A stretch of DNA of 64,000 nt. Source: an uncultured Cellvibrionaceae bacterium (GTDB lineage Bacteria; Pseudomonadota; Gammaproteobacteria; Pseudomonadales; Cellvibrionaceae). Positions within the stretch are counted from its first letter, which is position 1. Each line of letters starts with the position of its first letter. The stretch lies in the NCBI GenBank assembly GCA_964546435.1, contig CAZJKJ010000001.1:75470-139469 (forward strand), written 5' to 3'. Below, piece after piece: positions 27,390 through 36,172 of this stretch. Below the pieces are notes generated by a model, which searched no databases, had not been told where the DNA came from, and saw only the letters and a program-made list of their open reading frames with translations. Position numbers and translations under genes: made by a program.

Positions 27390-30281
27390 TCACAGTGACG
27401 CATCCACCTTGATTGCTGCCAGACGGAAGCCGTGCAGCCGTGCATATTCGGCAATTTCTTTGACCTGACGCTTGGAGATGTCGCCGAAGGAGTAGCACCG
27501 GCTATAGCGGTTCATACCGAGAACCACACTCTCAGCCATACAGGCGTACAGCTCTCCCTCGCTCAGGAACGCGCGCGCGCGCGTATCCAGACTTTCGCCA
27601 TTGGGCGTCGCTACAATTCCGCCCTGCAGGTAACGCACGTCTGGCCGGCGCTGCCCAATGTCGGTCACAACGTTGTGCGGCACGGCAATATCGCAGACGA
27701 TCGCATTGGCCTTGAAGTGCTCGCTGTTCAGAAAGGCCTCTGGTGCATTGGCCGCGCACAAGACAATTTCACCTTTGCTCACTTCATGCAGACGGGAGGT
27801 GACGTGAAAAAATGGATCCTGGCCGAAATGCGCCACGATTTTTTCTGCGAGCACTCGGCCCGGATCTGGAATGGTCGGGTTGGCTACGACAAAAGACCTG
27901 ATTTCCGCAATTTCGGCGACGCGCGCGCCGATGCCCGAATGAACCAGGTTAGCGAGTATTTCTGCATAGATATCGTCGTAAATTTTGTGTACCGTTTTCC
28001 ACAAGCGGCGGTCGGAACCCTCTCTCTGGCTTCCGACCAGGCTTACTTTGGCCACCCTGTCACACAGCGTCGAGGTAAAGGTTGAGGCAATATTGCCGGC
28101 GGCCCCTACGACCACGAGATGCGCACTGGCCAGATCGATCCCGGCTTCGCGCGCGGCCTGTTCGATCGCCTCCAGGCCCATGGCGATGGTCAAGGCATTA
28201 CCGCTGGTAACGGCTGTGCCCCGTCTGGAGAGAGACTGCCCGTTATTGGTGACGATGGACGTGTACATCCCGAGCCCGACCACTTCACAACCGTCTTTCC
28301 GAGCGGCATTCAGTCGATCCTGTACCGCGTCCCTGATCGATTCCACGTCGCCCGAGCTCAGGTAATCCGACATTTGCCCGGAATCGACGCACAGCGGGTA
28401 GAGAATAAAATCAACGAGAGCACCGGTGGTCGACTGGATTCGAACCGGAGGAAACGGGGCTGCAGTCCGGTTGACTTCCATCCTGCCCACAAACTCACAG
28501 CACTCCTGCTCGGTCAGATCAGCCAGAGAAGGGTCTACCGCAATGAGGTCGTGCGCCTTGATCAGGTGATTGACGAAACCCACTTTCGTCACTTTCTGAC
28601 CGGCTGGCGTGGCCTGAAGCCCCAGATGCGTAGGCGCCGGGTTTGCCGGCCGGAAATCGTTGATTACAGCTCTCAGGGTACTTCTGCGGCAATTAATGGC
28701 TGCGGCAACAAATGGCAGAGCGTCGGCGTTTCGCAGTGCAAGACATAGCTGCTCGAACGACAAAAATATTTTCTGGATATTGTCATCGGCGAGAAACGCC
28801 GAAGGTTCAATACGAATGACATTCGACGCACTCGCGGGTGCGGAGACACGGATGCCATGCCGGTGCAACAGAAACCCCGCCATCAGGTATCCCAGCGATT
28901 TAGAATAGGCGGCCCCGCGAATGATCATCGACGGCGACTGGCGCTGATCGTAGAACTCGATACCAAGAAGCAGGCCCCGGCCCCGGACTGACTTGATCAA
29001 CTCCGGATATTCATTTTGCAACCGAGCGAATCCTTCCTGCAGACTGGCGCCCGCCAGCGATATCTGGCGATACAGTGCGCCTTCGTTCTGTTCCAGCAGT
29101 TCCAGCGTCTTCAGTGCAATTGTGGAGCTGAAATCGTCTTCGGCGAAGGTCGAACTGTGAATCAGTGAAAAATTTTCCTCGTACAGTGTCTTCCGGATCG
29201 CCGTCGCCGCTATTTTTGCAATTCCGCCTCCCAGGGACTTTGACAACGCGTAGTAATCACCCGTGAGTTGCAAGTGACTGCTGGCGAGAAAACGCCCACT
29301 GCGTCCCATCCCGCTCTGGATTTCATCCACTATCAAGGGACACTTCTGCTGGTTGCAAAACCGCTTCAGCGCGAGTGCAAAGTCGCGCTCAAGCAGGTTG
29401 ATGCCACCCTCCCCTTGTATCGGTTCAATCACGACAGCGGTAAACATCGGCAATGGTGTTTCAGTCAAAACGGCAACGCCGTTCCTGACTTTCAGGCCAT
29501 AGAGATAGCGATCCTTTTGTTGCTCCGCCAAACGGCCCAGCTCTGCCTCGTCGCCAGCTCTGACAAACCGGACGTTCAGGCCGAGTGACTTGAACGGCGC
29601 GCGGTAGTTTTCTCCATACGTCAGTTGCACACTGCCCATCAGCTTACCGTGAAAGGAGTTTTCCAGCGCCACAATGACGGGGGGATGCTGCAGTTGACCT
29701 GCATTGAACGCGGTCAAGGCCATGGCCGCATGATCGACACCCTGAATCTTTTCGAACATGCCGACCAGCTCAGTTTTGCGGAACAGATCCTCAGGGATTA
29801 CCAGACCGACGTCGGCAACCGCCAGCCTGATTTCATCCAGTTCATCCTCAAGGTTTTCGATAATCTTCTGCAGGCGTAGTACCCGTGCCAGTTCGGCATG
29901 CTTCAACGCGACTTCAATGGCTTCGGCACCGCTATTTGAAAAGGTGGTAATAAAACCTTCCTGCAGCCCGGTCTCGCATTGAAGTATCCCGCTCAACATT
30001 TCGGCCAGAGCACCGGATACCCGCCGCTCGGAAAACTGGGCATGCACCACCCCTTGCCGATCCAGAAATGCCTTGGCCGCATTTACCAGTTCGGGGTGGT
30101 TGTGCCCCAGAATCGTAGCGCCGTAGCCGCCGAGCAGATCCAAAACCGGAACTTCCCTATCCGCTTCATCCCGATAAAAGAGGGTGTCACCTTCGGCACG
30201 GCAGTAGGCAACATCCTGCCCAAGTGCTTTGAGTACCTGTGCAAGCCTGGGCTTCACGAATTGTCCGTAGGGGGTTGGCAT
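27390..30281 (-). CDS. bifunctional fusion: class-III PLP aminotransferase (about residues 1-520) plus acyl-ACP reductase-like NAD(P)H domain (about residues 563-963)
   Basis: N-terminal part has GHNHPELV, DEIQSGMGRSGRF and YALSKSLGGG (Schiff-base Lys348). The C-terminal part is collinear with cyanobacterial AAR as I remember it: VGFVNHL vs FGLIGHL, GLGMYTSIV vs LGGFTSII, TSGNALT...HLVVVGAAGNIAS vs TTGNTHT...TVAVVGATGDIGS, and LYACMAESVVL vs MFACFAEAMLL (catalytic Cys conserved). Confidence 0.8.
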   Translation of the reverse strand: MPTPYGQFVKPRLAQVLKALGQDVAYCRAEGDTLFYRDEADREVPVLDLLGGYGATILGHNHPELVNAAKAFLDRQGVVHAQFSERRVSGALAEMLSGILQCETGLQEGFITTFSNSGAEAIEVALKHAELARVLRLQKIIENLEDELDEIRLAVADVGLVIPEDLFRKTELVGMFEKIQGVDHAAMALTAFNAGQLQHPPVIVALENSFHGKLMGSVQLTYGENYRAPFKSLGLNVRFVRAGDEAELGRLAEQQKDRYLYGLKVRNGVAVLTETPLPMFTAVVIEPIQGEGGINLLERDFALALKRFCNQQKCPLIVDEIQSGMGRSGRFLASSHLQLTGDYYALSKSLGGGIAKIAATAIRKTLYEENFSLIHSSTFAEDDFSSTIALKTLELLEQNEGALYRQISLAGASLQEGFARLQNEYPELIKSVRGRGLLLGIEFYDQRQSPSMIIRGAAYSKSLGYLMAGFLLHRHGIRVSAPASASNVIRIEPSAFLADDNIQKIFLSFEQLCLALRNADALPFVAAAINCRRSTLRAVINDFRPANPAPTHLGLQATPAGQKVTKVGFVNHLIKAHDLIAVDPSLADLTEQECCEFVGRMEVNRTAAPFPPVRIQSTTGALVDFILYPLCVDSGQMSDYLSSGDVESIRDAVQDRLNAARKDGCEVVGLGMYTSIVTNNGQSLSRRGTAVTSGNALTIAMGLEAIEQAAREAGIDLASAHLVVVGAAGNIASTFTSTLCDRVAKVSLVGSQREGSDRRLWKTVHKIYDDIYAEILANLVHSGIGARVAEIAEIRSFVVANPTIPDPGRVLAEKIVAHFGQDPFFHVTSRLHEVSKGEIVLCAANAPEAFLNSEHFKANAIVCDIAVPHNVVTDIGQRRPDVRYLQGGIVATPNGESLDTRARAFLSEGELYACMAESVVLGMNRYSRCYSFGDISKRQVKEIAEYARLHGFRLAAIKVDASL

Positions 30282-30296
30282 CGGGCGGGTTCCGTA

Positions 30297-31553
30297 TCAA
30301 TATTCTGGTGAAAGTTTTTCGAGGAGGACGCCTGATACAGCGTTCGTCTGCTCCCGGTTAAGTACCAGGGCACCGGTACAGGCATACGACCGGCTCTTAC
30401 CGGCGATAAAGTTCAGGTCGTAGCTGATGGGCTTTTGCAGCGCGGACATTGCAGGAATACTTTGATTCTTTAACGCCAGTGACGCGGCCACGACCGACAG
30501 CAGCCCGCGTGCCGGCCCCAGTACACCGGTCGGACCGTTGACGCAGGTTGTTCTGACGTCGGGCAGCACACGTGCAATTTCCCGGGCGGTTTGCTGATCC
30601 TGCTCAGGTACTCCGATTCCGTCAGCGACGATAAAGTCGGCGGCCGGGCTTCCAGCGAGGTTTGCCATCAGCGCTGGAAAAATCGCTCCGCCCCTGCTCA
30701 TGACATCCGCCGTGCTCGCGATGGAACGCACACAGATATCACTGTTCTGCCCACGATACGCGCTCCTTTCTGCGCGTTCGAGCACAAGCGCACAGGCGCC
30801 GTCCGCCAGAATCAGGCCGTCCGCAGTCTGGTCAAATGGTCTGCACACGGTTCCTCGCGCCCGCCCCTGCTGAATGAAGTGGGCGAGCGTGTTCGGGTTG
30901 AGGTAGCTTCCGGTTGCAATCACCACGGCGACATCGGCGCTTGCCGACCCGAGCGCGGCCACCGCGGCGTTCAGGGCCGCCGTGGCCGCGATGGCATCTC
31001 CCGTGAAAGATCCGCAATCACCTCTGAGACCCAGAGAAATACTGGCCATGCCGAGCACGTTGTTGTCCAGCGACTTGATTACCGTAAACGGGTCTGCGCC
31101 CCGGCGCTGCATAAAGCATTCTGTAAGGAAAGGCCGGTCATGCAGTGCGCCGCGATCGCTGGCGGTCTTCAACCCGTCGATCAGGCTGAAAATGCCCGGA
31201 TGCAGATAGTCGTAGGACGCAGTGAAAATGCCGATTCTCTCCGGTGGACAGTCGCCCGCCCGCAGACCGGCATCACGCAATGCCTGTTCGGCGGCTGATA
31301 CTCCCCATAAACTGGAATCCAGCGCAAACCGTCTCTGTTTACGTGGCACCAAGTCTCGACCAGCCTGCGTTTGCCGCTCGCTGATATGGCCGTAGCGGGT
31401 GATCGTTTCGCTGCGCATGCGGGCGCACTCAAATGGACTGGTCAAGTCTTTTCCGGATTCCAGCGCTTGCCACCAGTCTTCAAGACCAGTGCTACCCGGC
31501 AGCACGCAGCCCATACCCGAAATCACCACTGAGCCGTCTCTAACTGGCTGCAT
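30297..31553 (-). CDS. beta-ketoacyl synthase-like protein lacking active-site Cys (chain-length-factor type)
   Basis: Thiolase-fold KS similarity. Where the KS motif xACxx sits, the sequence reads GSFTGDAIAAT. 14-nt overlap with the upstream KS. Confidence 0.7.
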   Translation of the reverse strand: MQPVRDGSVVISGMGCVLPGSTGLEDWWQALESGKDLTSPFECARMRSETITRYGHISERQTQAGRDLVPRKQRRFALDSSLWGVSAAEQALRDAGLRAGDCPPERIGIFTASYDYLHPGIFSLIDGLKTASDRGALHDRPFLTECFMQRRGADPFTVIKSLDNNVLGMASISLGLRGDCGSFTGDAIAATAALNAAVAALGSASADVAVVIATGSYLNPNTLAHFIQQGRARGTVCRPFDQTADGLILADGACALVLERAERSAYRGQNSDICVRSIASTADVMSRGGAIFPALMANLAGSPAADFIVADGIGVPEQDQQTAREIARVLPDVRTTCVNGPTGVLGPARGLLSVVAASLALKNQSIPAMSALQKPISYDLNFIAGKSRSYACTGALVLNREQTNAVSGVLLEKLSPEY

Positions 31554-32823
31554 AAGGCGCCACCACCAGGCTGGTATTCAGGCCGCCAAAACCAAAGGAA
31601 TTAGTCATGGCGTGGCGTATTTTCATGGGCCGGGCCTGTAGAGGGACGTAGTCCAGATCACAGCCATCGTCAGGATTGTCCAGATTGAGGGTGGGAGGCG
31701 CCGTCTGTTGCTCAACTGCCAGAACCGTCGCCACAAACTCCGCCGCACCTGCAGCCGCAATCAGGTGGCCTATATGAGCCTTGATCGAGGAAACGGCGAG
31801 CTGCCGGTAATGCTGTGCTTCCGCAAATACTGATTTAATCGCCAGCGTTTCGGCCAGATCGTTAAGTGGCGTCGAGGTACCATGGGCGTTGATGTAATCG
31901 ATGGATGCAGGCGGGAGACCTGCCTGCCCGAGGGCCCGTGACATGGCGCGTGCCTGCCCTTCTCCTTCAGGGTGCGGCGCGGTAATCTTGTAAGCGTCCA
32001 TGGACGCACCATAGCCGAGAACCTCGGCATAAACTCGCGCACCGCGCCTACGTGCATGTGATTCGCTTTCAAGCACCACCATCGCTCCGCCTTCACCCGC
32101 TACAAGCCCACTGCGATCACGGTCAAACGGTCGGCACAGGCGTTCTGCGAGCGTTTCTTTGGTTGACGGTGCGCCCAACAGGTAAAGGCCGATCATTGTG
32201 ACGGTGTTAAGCACTGAATCCGCTCCGCCTGCCAGCATCACAGAGGTTTCGCCTCTGCGGATCATCCGGGAAGCAATGCCGATCGCCTGCGCTGCGCCCG
32301 CGCAGGCCGTACTAATATTCAGCACCGGTCCGGTTATGCTGAATTCCCTGGCCAAAGTGACACCAAGGTGATCATTGCTCAGCCAGGTACCGGAATTCTT
32401 ATCTGCCTGAATCCGGTTGTCCCACCAGCGATTCCAGTCCAGCCCCGAGCGGGTGTAAGCTGCGATGTCAAACGCTTCATCCCGCTCTGGCACACCAGAA
32501 CCGACAATGACACCTGCGGAGCGGGACCGGCGTGCGGCATCGGTCAAACCCGCGTCACGCAATGCCTCTGCGGCGGCGACCAGTCCGAAGGCCGTCCGCT
32601 TTTCCATGTTGTGTGCTAAAGCAGAATAATCGGCAAACTGCTCGCGAAAGCGCTGCCAATCCACCTCGGCCACGTAAGAAACCGGCAGGCCCTTGGCGAT
32701 GCCCCCCGGCCAGTGTCGTATGGCGGACTCACCGGCGATCATCTTTCGCCAAAAATCTGCGGCATTGTTGGCTAGACCGTTAACCGAGCCTAAACCGGTG
32801 ACGAACACGCGTTCATGTTTCAT
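31540..32823 (-). CDS. beta-ketoacyl-ACP synthase (KAS II-like, catalytic)
   Basis: MKHERVFVTGLG, active-site NISTACAGAAQAI, His motifs INAHGTSTPLND and KAHIGHLIAAAG. Its ATG shares one nt with the upstream stop (TAATG). Confidence 0.9.
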   Translation of the reverse strand: MKHERVFVTGLGSVNGLANNAADFWRKMIAGESAIRHWPGGIAKGLPVSYVAEVDWQRFREQFADYSALAHNMEKRTAFGLVAAAEALRDAGLTDAARRSRSAGVIVGSGVPERDEAFDIAAYTRSGLDWNRWWDNRIQADKNSGTWLSNDHLGVTLAREFSITGPVLNISTACAGAAQAIGIASRMIRRGETSVMLAGGADSVLNTVTMIGLYLLGAPSTKETLAERLCRPFDRDRSGLVAGEGGAMVVLESESHARRRGARVYAEVLGYGASMDAYKITAPHPEGEGQARAMSRALGQAGLPPASIDYINAHGTSTPLNDLAETLAIKSVFAEAQHYRQLAVSSIKAHIGHLIAAAGAAEFVATVLAVEQQTAPPTLNLDNPDDGCDLDYVPLQARPMKIRHAMTNSFGFGGLNTSLVVAPYAAS

Positions 32824-33962
32824 TATTGATTCCACCCCAGGATCACGACGGCGCACTGGCCCGAGAAGCCCTGAGCGGATACGAGTGCATAATGGATCTG
32901 CCGACTGGCTTCACGAACGCAGTCGGATGAGTCGGTGAACAAGCACATTCCACGGCGGCAGGCGTCCTGGATAAGTGCGATCTTGACCCAGGGGCTCGCA
33001 GCCCCAAAGTGTCCCGCAAGGTGATCGATCGTCAGTAGTGGCAGAGTTTCTGAGGAACGGCTTCCGAGTTGTGCCAGCGCGCGGCGCATATCGGCCTGGC
33101 TGCCACCGACGACCGATGGATGTTCCAGTGCCAGGAGGTCCAGATCATCGAAGGCAATGCCTGCCTGCTCCAATGCCTGCTTTATCGCTTCAGGTGCAGC
33201 ATCCGACGGGTCTTCGTTGAAACACCGGCCATAACCCGCAATAAACAGCGACCGGGGCTTTTCCACATCAGACAGTAATGCCACCGCTGCGCTTTCGGCG
33301 GGAACCAGCAACGGCTCACGATTGAACATTTCCGCTGACTCCCAGACAGGTGCCAGACCCGGGCCGGCAACCGGGCTTACGCCACCCGCCAGCACCTGAA
33401 TCGAGTCATTTTCGAAAATCGCCAGACTGCCCTCAATCAATGCCTGCAATCCCGCATCGGCATGATCCGAAAATCCGCCGACTGCTCCTGATAAATGAAA
33501 ATGCTCGGCGAGATGCGCCAGTACACTTGAATTCAACAGCCTCAGCCCGGACAGGGGTTCGGTATTGCGCAAAATCGATGCAGTGATTTCTCTTGCTGAA
33601 ATCGATGTCTCGATTTTTAAATCAAGGCAACTGTCGACCGCGTGAGCGATGCTGGGTATCGCGAAAAAAAGGCCGGTGTCCTCTGGCGCTCGCAATTCAA
33701 AGTGCTCGTCACGCTGCAGCTCGATTGCAGCCCAGATCGCCGCCGCTGCCTGTCTCTCCATCATTCGCAGGCTTTTCCGGTTTATCCCCATCCTGTCGAG
33801 TTGCGGCAGCGAGAGTTTGAAACCATGCGTGAGCGGTCCTACCGCCGGTTGCAGGCGCGTTGGCGTTTCGCGTGGATTGAGCAGCTGCGTCAACAAGCCG
33901 TCCAGACCTTTCCCCCAAGGCGTTACAACGCTCAGTGCCTCAATGAAAATTCGCTTTTTCAC
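32823..33962 (-). CDS. beta-ketoacyl synthase-like protein, non-catalytic
   Basis: KS-like N-terminus (IFIEALSVVTPWG) and thiolase-fold length. There is no Cys at the nucleophile position (FSDHADAGLQAL) and no HGT/GH motifs. Confidence 0.65.
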   Translation of the reverse strand: MKKRIFIEALSVVTPWGKGLDGLLTQLLNPRETPTRLQPAVGPLTHGFKLSLPQLDRMGINRKSLRMMERQAAAAIWAAIELQRDEHFELRAPEDTGLFFAIPSIAHAVDSCLDLKIETSISAREITASILRNTEPLSGLRLLNSSVLAHLAEHFHLSGAVGGFSDHADAGLQALIEGSLAIFENDSIQVLAGGVSPVAGPGLAPVWESAEMFNREPLLVPAESAAVALLSDVEKPRSLFIAGYGRCFNEDPSDAAPEAIKQALEQAGIAFDDLDLLALEHPSVVGGSQADMRRALAQLGSRSSETLPLLTIDHLAGHFGAASPWVKIALIQDACRRGMCLFTDSSDCVREASRQIHYALVSAQGFSGQCAVVILGWNQ

Positions 33963-35224
33963 GTCACCGCCTCCAAAACAATAGATGCATTTTCGCCACC
34001 GAAGCCAAAGCTGTTGGACAGGATTCGTTTCACAACCCGTTCCTCTTCAGTGCGCGTAAATGGCAGTGAAAATTGACTTTCAAGCGGCTTATCCAGATTG
34101 AGGACCGGCGGTATTTTTGCTTGTTGCAAAACCATTATTGAAAGTGCGGCTTCAACTACGCTGCTGGCGCCCAGCGAATGCCCGAAGTTTGATTTGTTCG
34201 CGGTGATCGTAATATTGTCCAGGTTTGTGCCGAATAACTGCCCTATCGCAAGCGCTTCGCTGCGATCGTTCACCGGAGTAGAGGTACCGTGAGCATTAAC
34301 ATGGTCAATTTCTGTGACCTGCAGACCCACATTGTCTAGGCAGGCGCGCATGCACCGCAGATATTCCTCGCCACCTTCCGCAGTCGCGGTCATTTTGAGG
34401 GCCTCGGCCATTTTGGCTCCGCCTTTAAGGCGGGCCAAAGGTCGGCCGGCATCCGCGGCTCGCTGCAATATAAGACAACCAGCTGCTTCACCCATTACAA
34501 AACCAGACCGCGCTTCATCAAACGGCCGGCTAAGCGTGTCAGGCGGGTTTGAGTCGCTTCGCGCCAAAGCGCCGAGCAGTCCGAAAAAAAGCAAAGCAAT
34601 ATAGTTGGCCATGGCATCAACCCCCGCAACCACGGCAATATCAATCTGGTGATCCAGCAACGCACGCTGTGCGTTAAGCAAGCCGAAATTGCCTGCGGCG
34701 CAGGCGTCACTGTTCGACATGATCAACGCGCAGTTCGTGAATCGGCTCGCCAGCAACTGCGCTGGATAATCGGAGCGCAGTGCGAGATTGTTTGTCACAT
34801 TTCCGGCGTTTCTCGTTCGCGCCAGTGCGTCCAGGTCGAAACAGTCATCGGCATCATTGAAGCAGGAATAGGCGGTGACGATATCGTCTAAATCCTCGCT
34901 GATGCGATTGCTGCCAACAAACACACCGACCCTCTGCTCATGTATTTCCAGTCCGCTACTTTCGATTGCCCTGTGGGCGACCTCAAGAAGCAGGGCTGCA
35001 TTGCTTCCCAAACTGTCGGCGGGCGCGCACTGCACCCACTTTTGTTTCAGCGCTTCAATATATTGCGGATCAAAATGCGAAGTGGAAGAAAATGGGAGAT
35101 GAGCTGCCTCAAGTGGCAGATTCTGTCGCACGGCGGTTTGTCCGGCACATACCTGCGAGAAGGTGTGTGCAATATTATCCGAAAGGGGCGTGAGTACCTC
35201 TAAACCGACGATGGCGACATCCAT
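33959..35224 (-). CDS. beta-ketoacyl-ACP synthase (catalytic)
   Basis: MDVAIVGLEVLTP from the ATG at 35224 (the ORF opens at 35323). Active-site SNSDACAAGNFGL, VNAHGTSTPVND and KSNFGHSLGASS. Confidence 0.85.
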   Translation of the reverse strand: MDVAIVGLEVLTPLSDNIAHTFSQVCAGQTAVRQNLPLEAAHLPFSSTSHFDPQYIEALKQKWVQCAPADSLGSNAALLLEVAHRAIESSGLEIHEQRVGVFVGSNRISEDLDDIVTAYSCFNDADDCFDLDALARTRNAGNVTNNLALRSDYPAQLLASRFTNCALIMSNSDACAAGNFGLLNAQRALLDHQIDIAVVAGVDAMANYIALLFFGLLGALARSDSNPPDTLSRPFDEARSGFVMGEAAGCLILQRAADAGRPLARLKGGAKMAEALKMTATAEGGEEYLRCMRACLDNVGLQVTEIDHVNAHGTSTPVNDRSEALAIGQLFGTNLDNITITANKSNFGHSLGASSVVEAALSIMVLQQAKIPPVLNLDKPLESQFSLPFTRTEEERVVKRILSNSFGFGGENASIVLEAVT

Positions 35225-35405
35225 GCGTTTAGTCTCAGGTTTGCACTGCTGGTTATAGAATGGTTGATTAATCGACCGAATAATCACCACGGATACTCCG
35301 AAACCTGACCGAGGTTGCTTCACGTCTGAACCTGGTCAGTTTGCCCGAGGTAATAATTTTTAATCTGAACCGCGGCTGTTCGCGCTTTCTGGCGAAATAA
35401 CCAAG

Positions 35406-35990
35406 CTAGACAACTGAGGTCAGAGCTTCACTTTCCATTGTGGATTCTATTCTCATCAGTTGCGCCTCGTTGCCCGACAGAGGGCGCAGAAGAGAACTGC
35501 AAGAGGCACAGGCAACCTTTCCAGCGGAATTAATCTCCGCGGAATTGTGCCCGCACTCTGGGCATGCGGATGGCAGAAAATCAAATAACGCATGAACGGT
35601 GTTTATCCAGTTTCTCAATGTGACGGCATAAAACAGGGCGGCGGGATACATACCCACAGAAACCTGGCTCTCGGTGAATTTACCCAGACTGTTAAAGAGT
35701 ATTTGCGCACCAGCTTCAGTCAGCCGTCCTGAATGCACAAAGCGGTCTGCATCACTCACACTTTCCGCAGCCGCTTCAAGAATGTTTTTTTTAGGAAATT
35801 CAATATTAAAATGCTTTTCCGCCTTGTATATAAGCTCTGCCAGATCCAGTGAATCCAGATCCAAATCATTAACTAGCGAAGATTCCGGAGATATTCTGGA
35901 AGGGTCATCACCTGTTAGATCGGCAAGGGAGGTGATCATAAAAGAGGTTATTTCACTGATAGATGTGGGATTATCCATATGCTGATCCAT
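35406..35990 (-). CDS. acyl carrier protein domain fused to a C-terminal CxxC...CxxC (zinc-ribbon-like) extension
   Basis: Phosphopantetheine site LVNDLDLDSLDLAELIY (Ser47). The C-terminal part has CPEC (residues 143-146) and CASC (161-164). First gene of the operon. Confidence 0.7.
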   Translation of the reverse strand: MDQHMDNPTSISEITSFMITSLADLTGDDPSRISPESSLVNDLDLDSLDLAELIYKAEKHFNIEFPKKNILEAAAESVSDADRFVHSGRLTEAGAQILFNSLGKFTESQVSVGMYPAALFYAVTLRNWINTVHALFDFLPSACPECGHNSAEINSAGKVACASCSSLLRPLSGNEAQLMRIESTMESEALTSVV

Positions 35991-36172
35991 ATTTATTTAA
36001 CGAAGTAACATCGGCTTCAAACATGCGTGCTGGTGACTGGACAGCAGATTACTCCTCTGATATTTCGATTCTGTGAAATATTTGCCAAGCGCCAGAGAAC
36101 CAATTCACAAAACCTGTTCATTAACAATCAATAGGTTGTTTTATGTTCAGGCGAATAATCCTAAAGCCAGAT

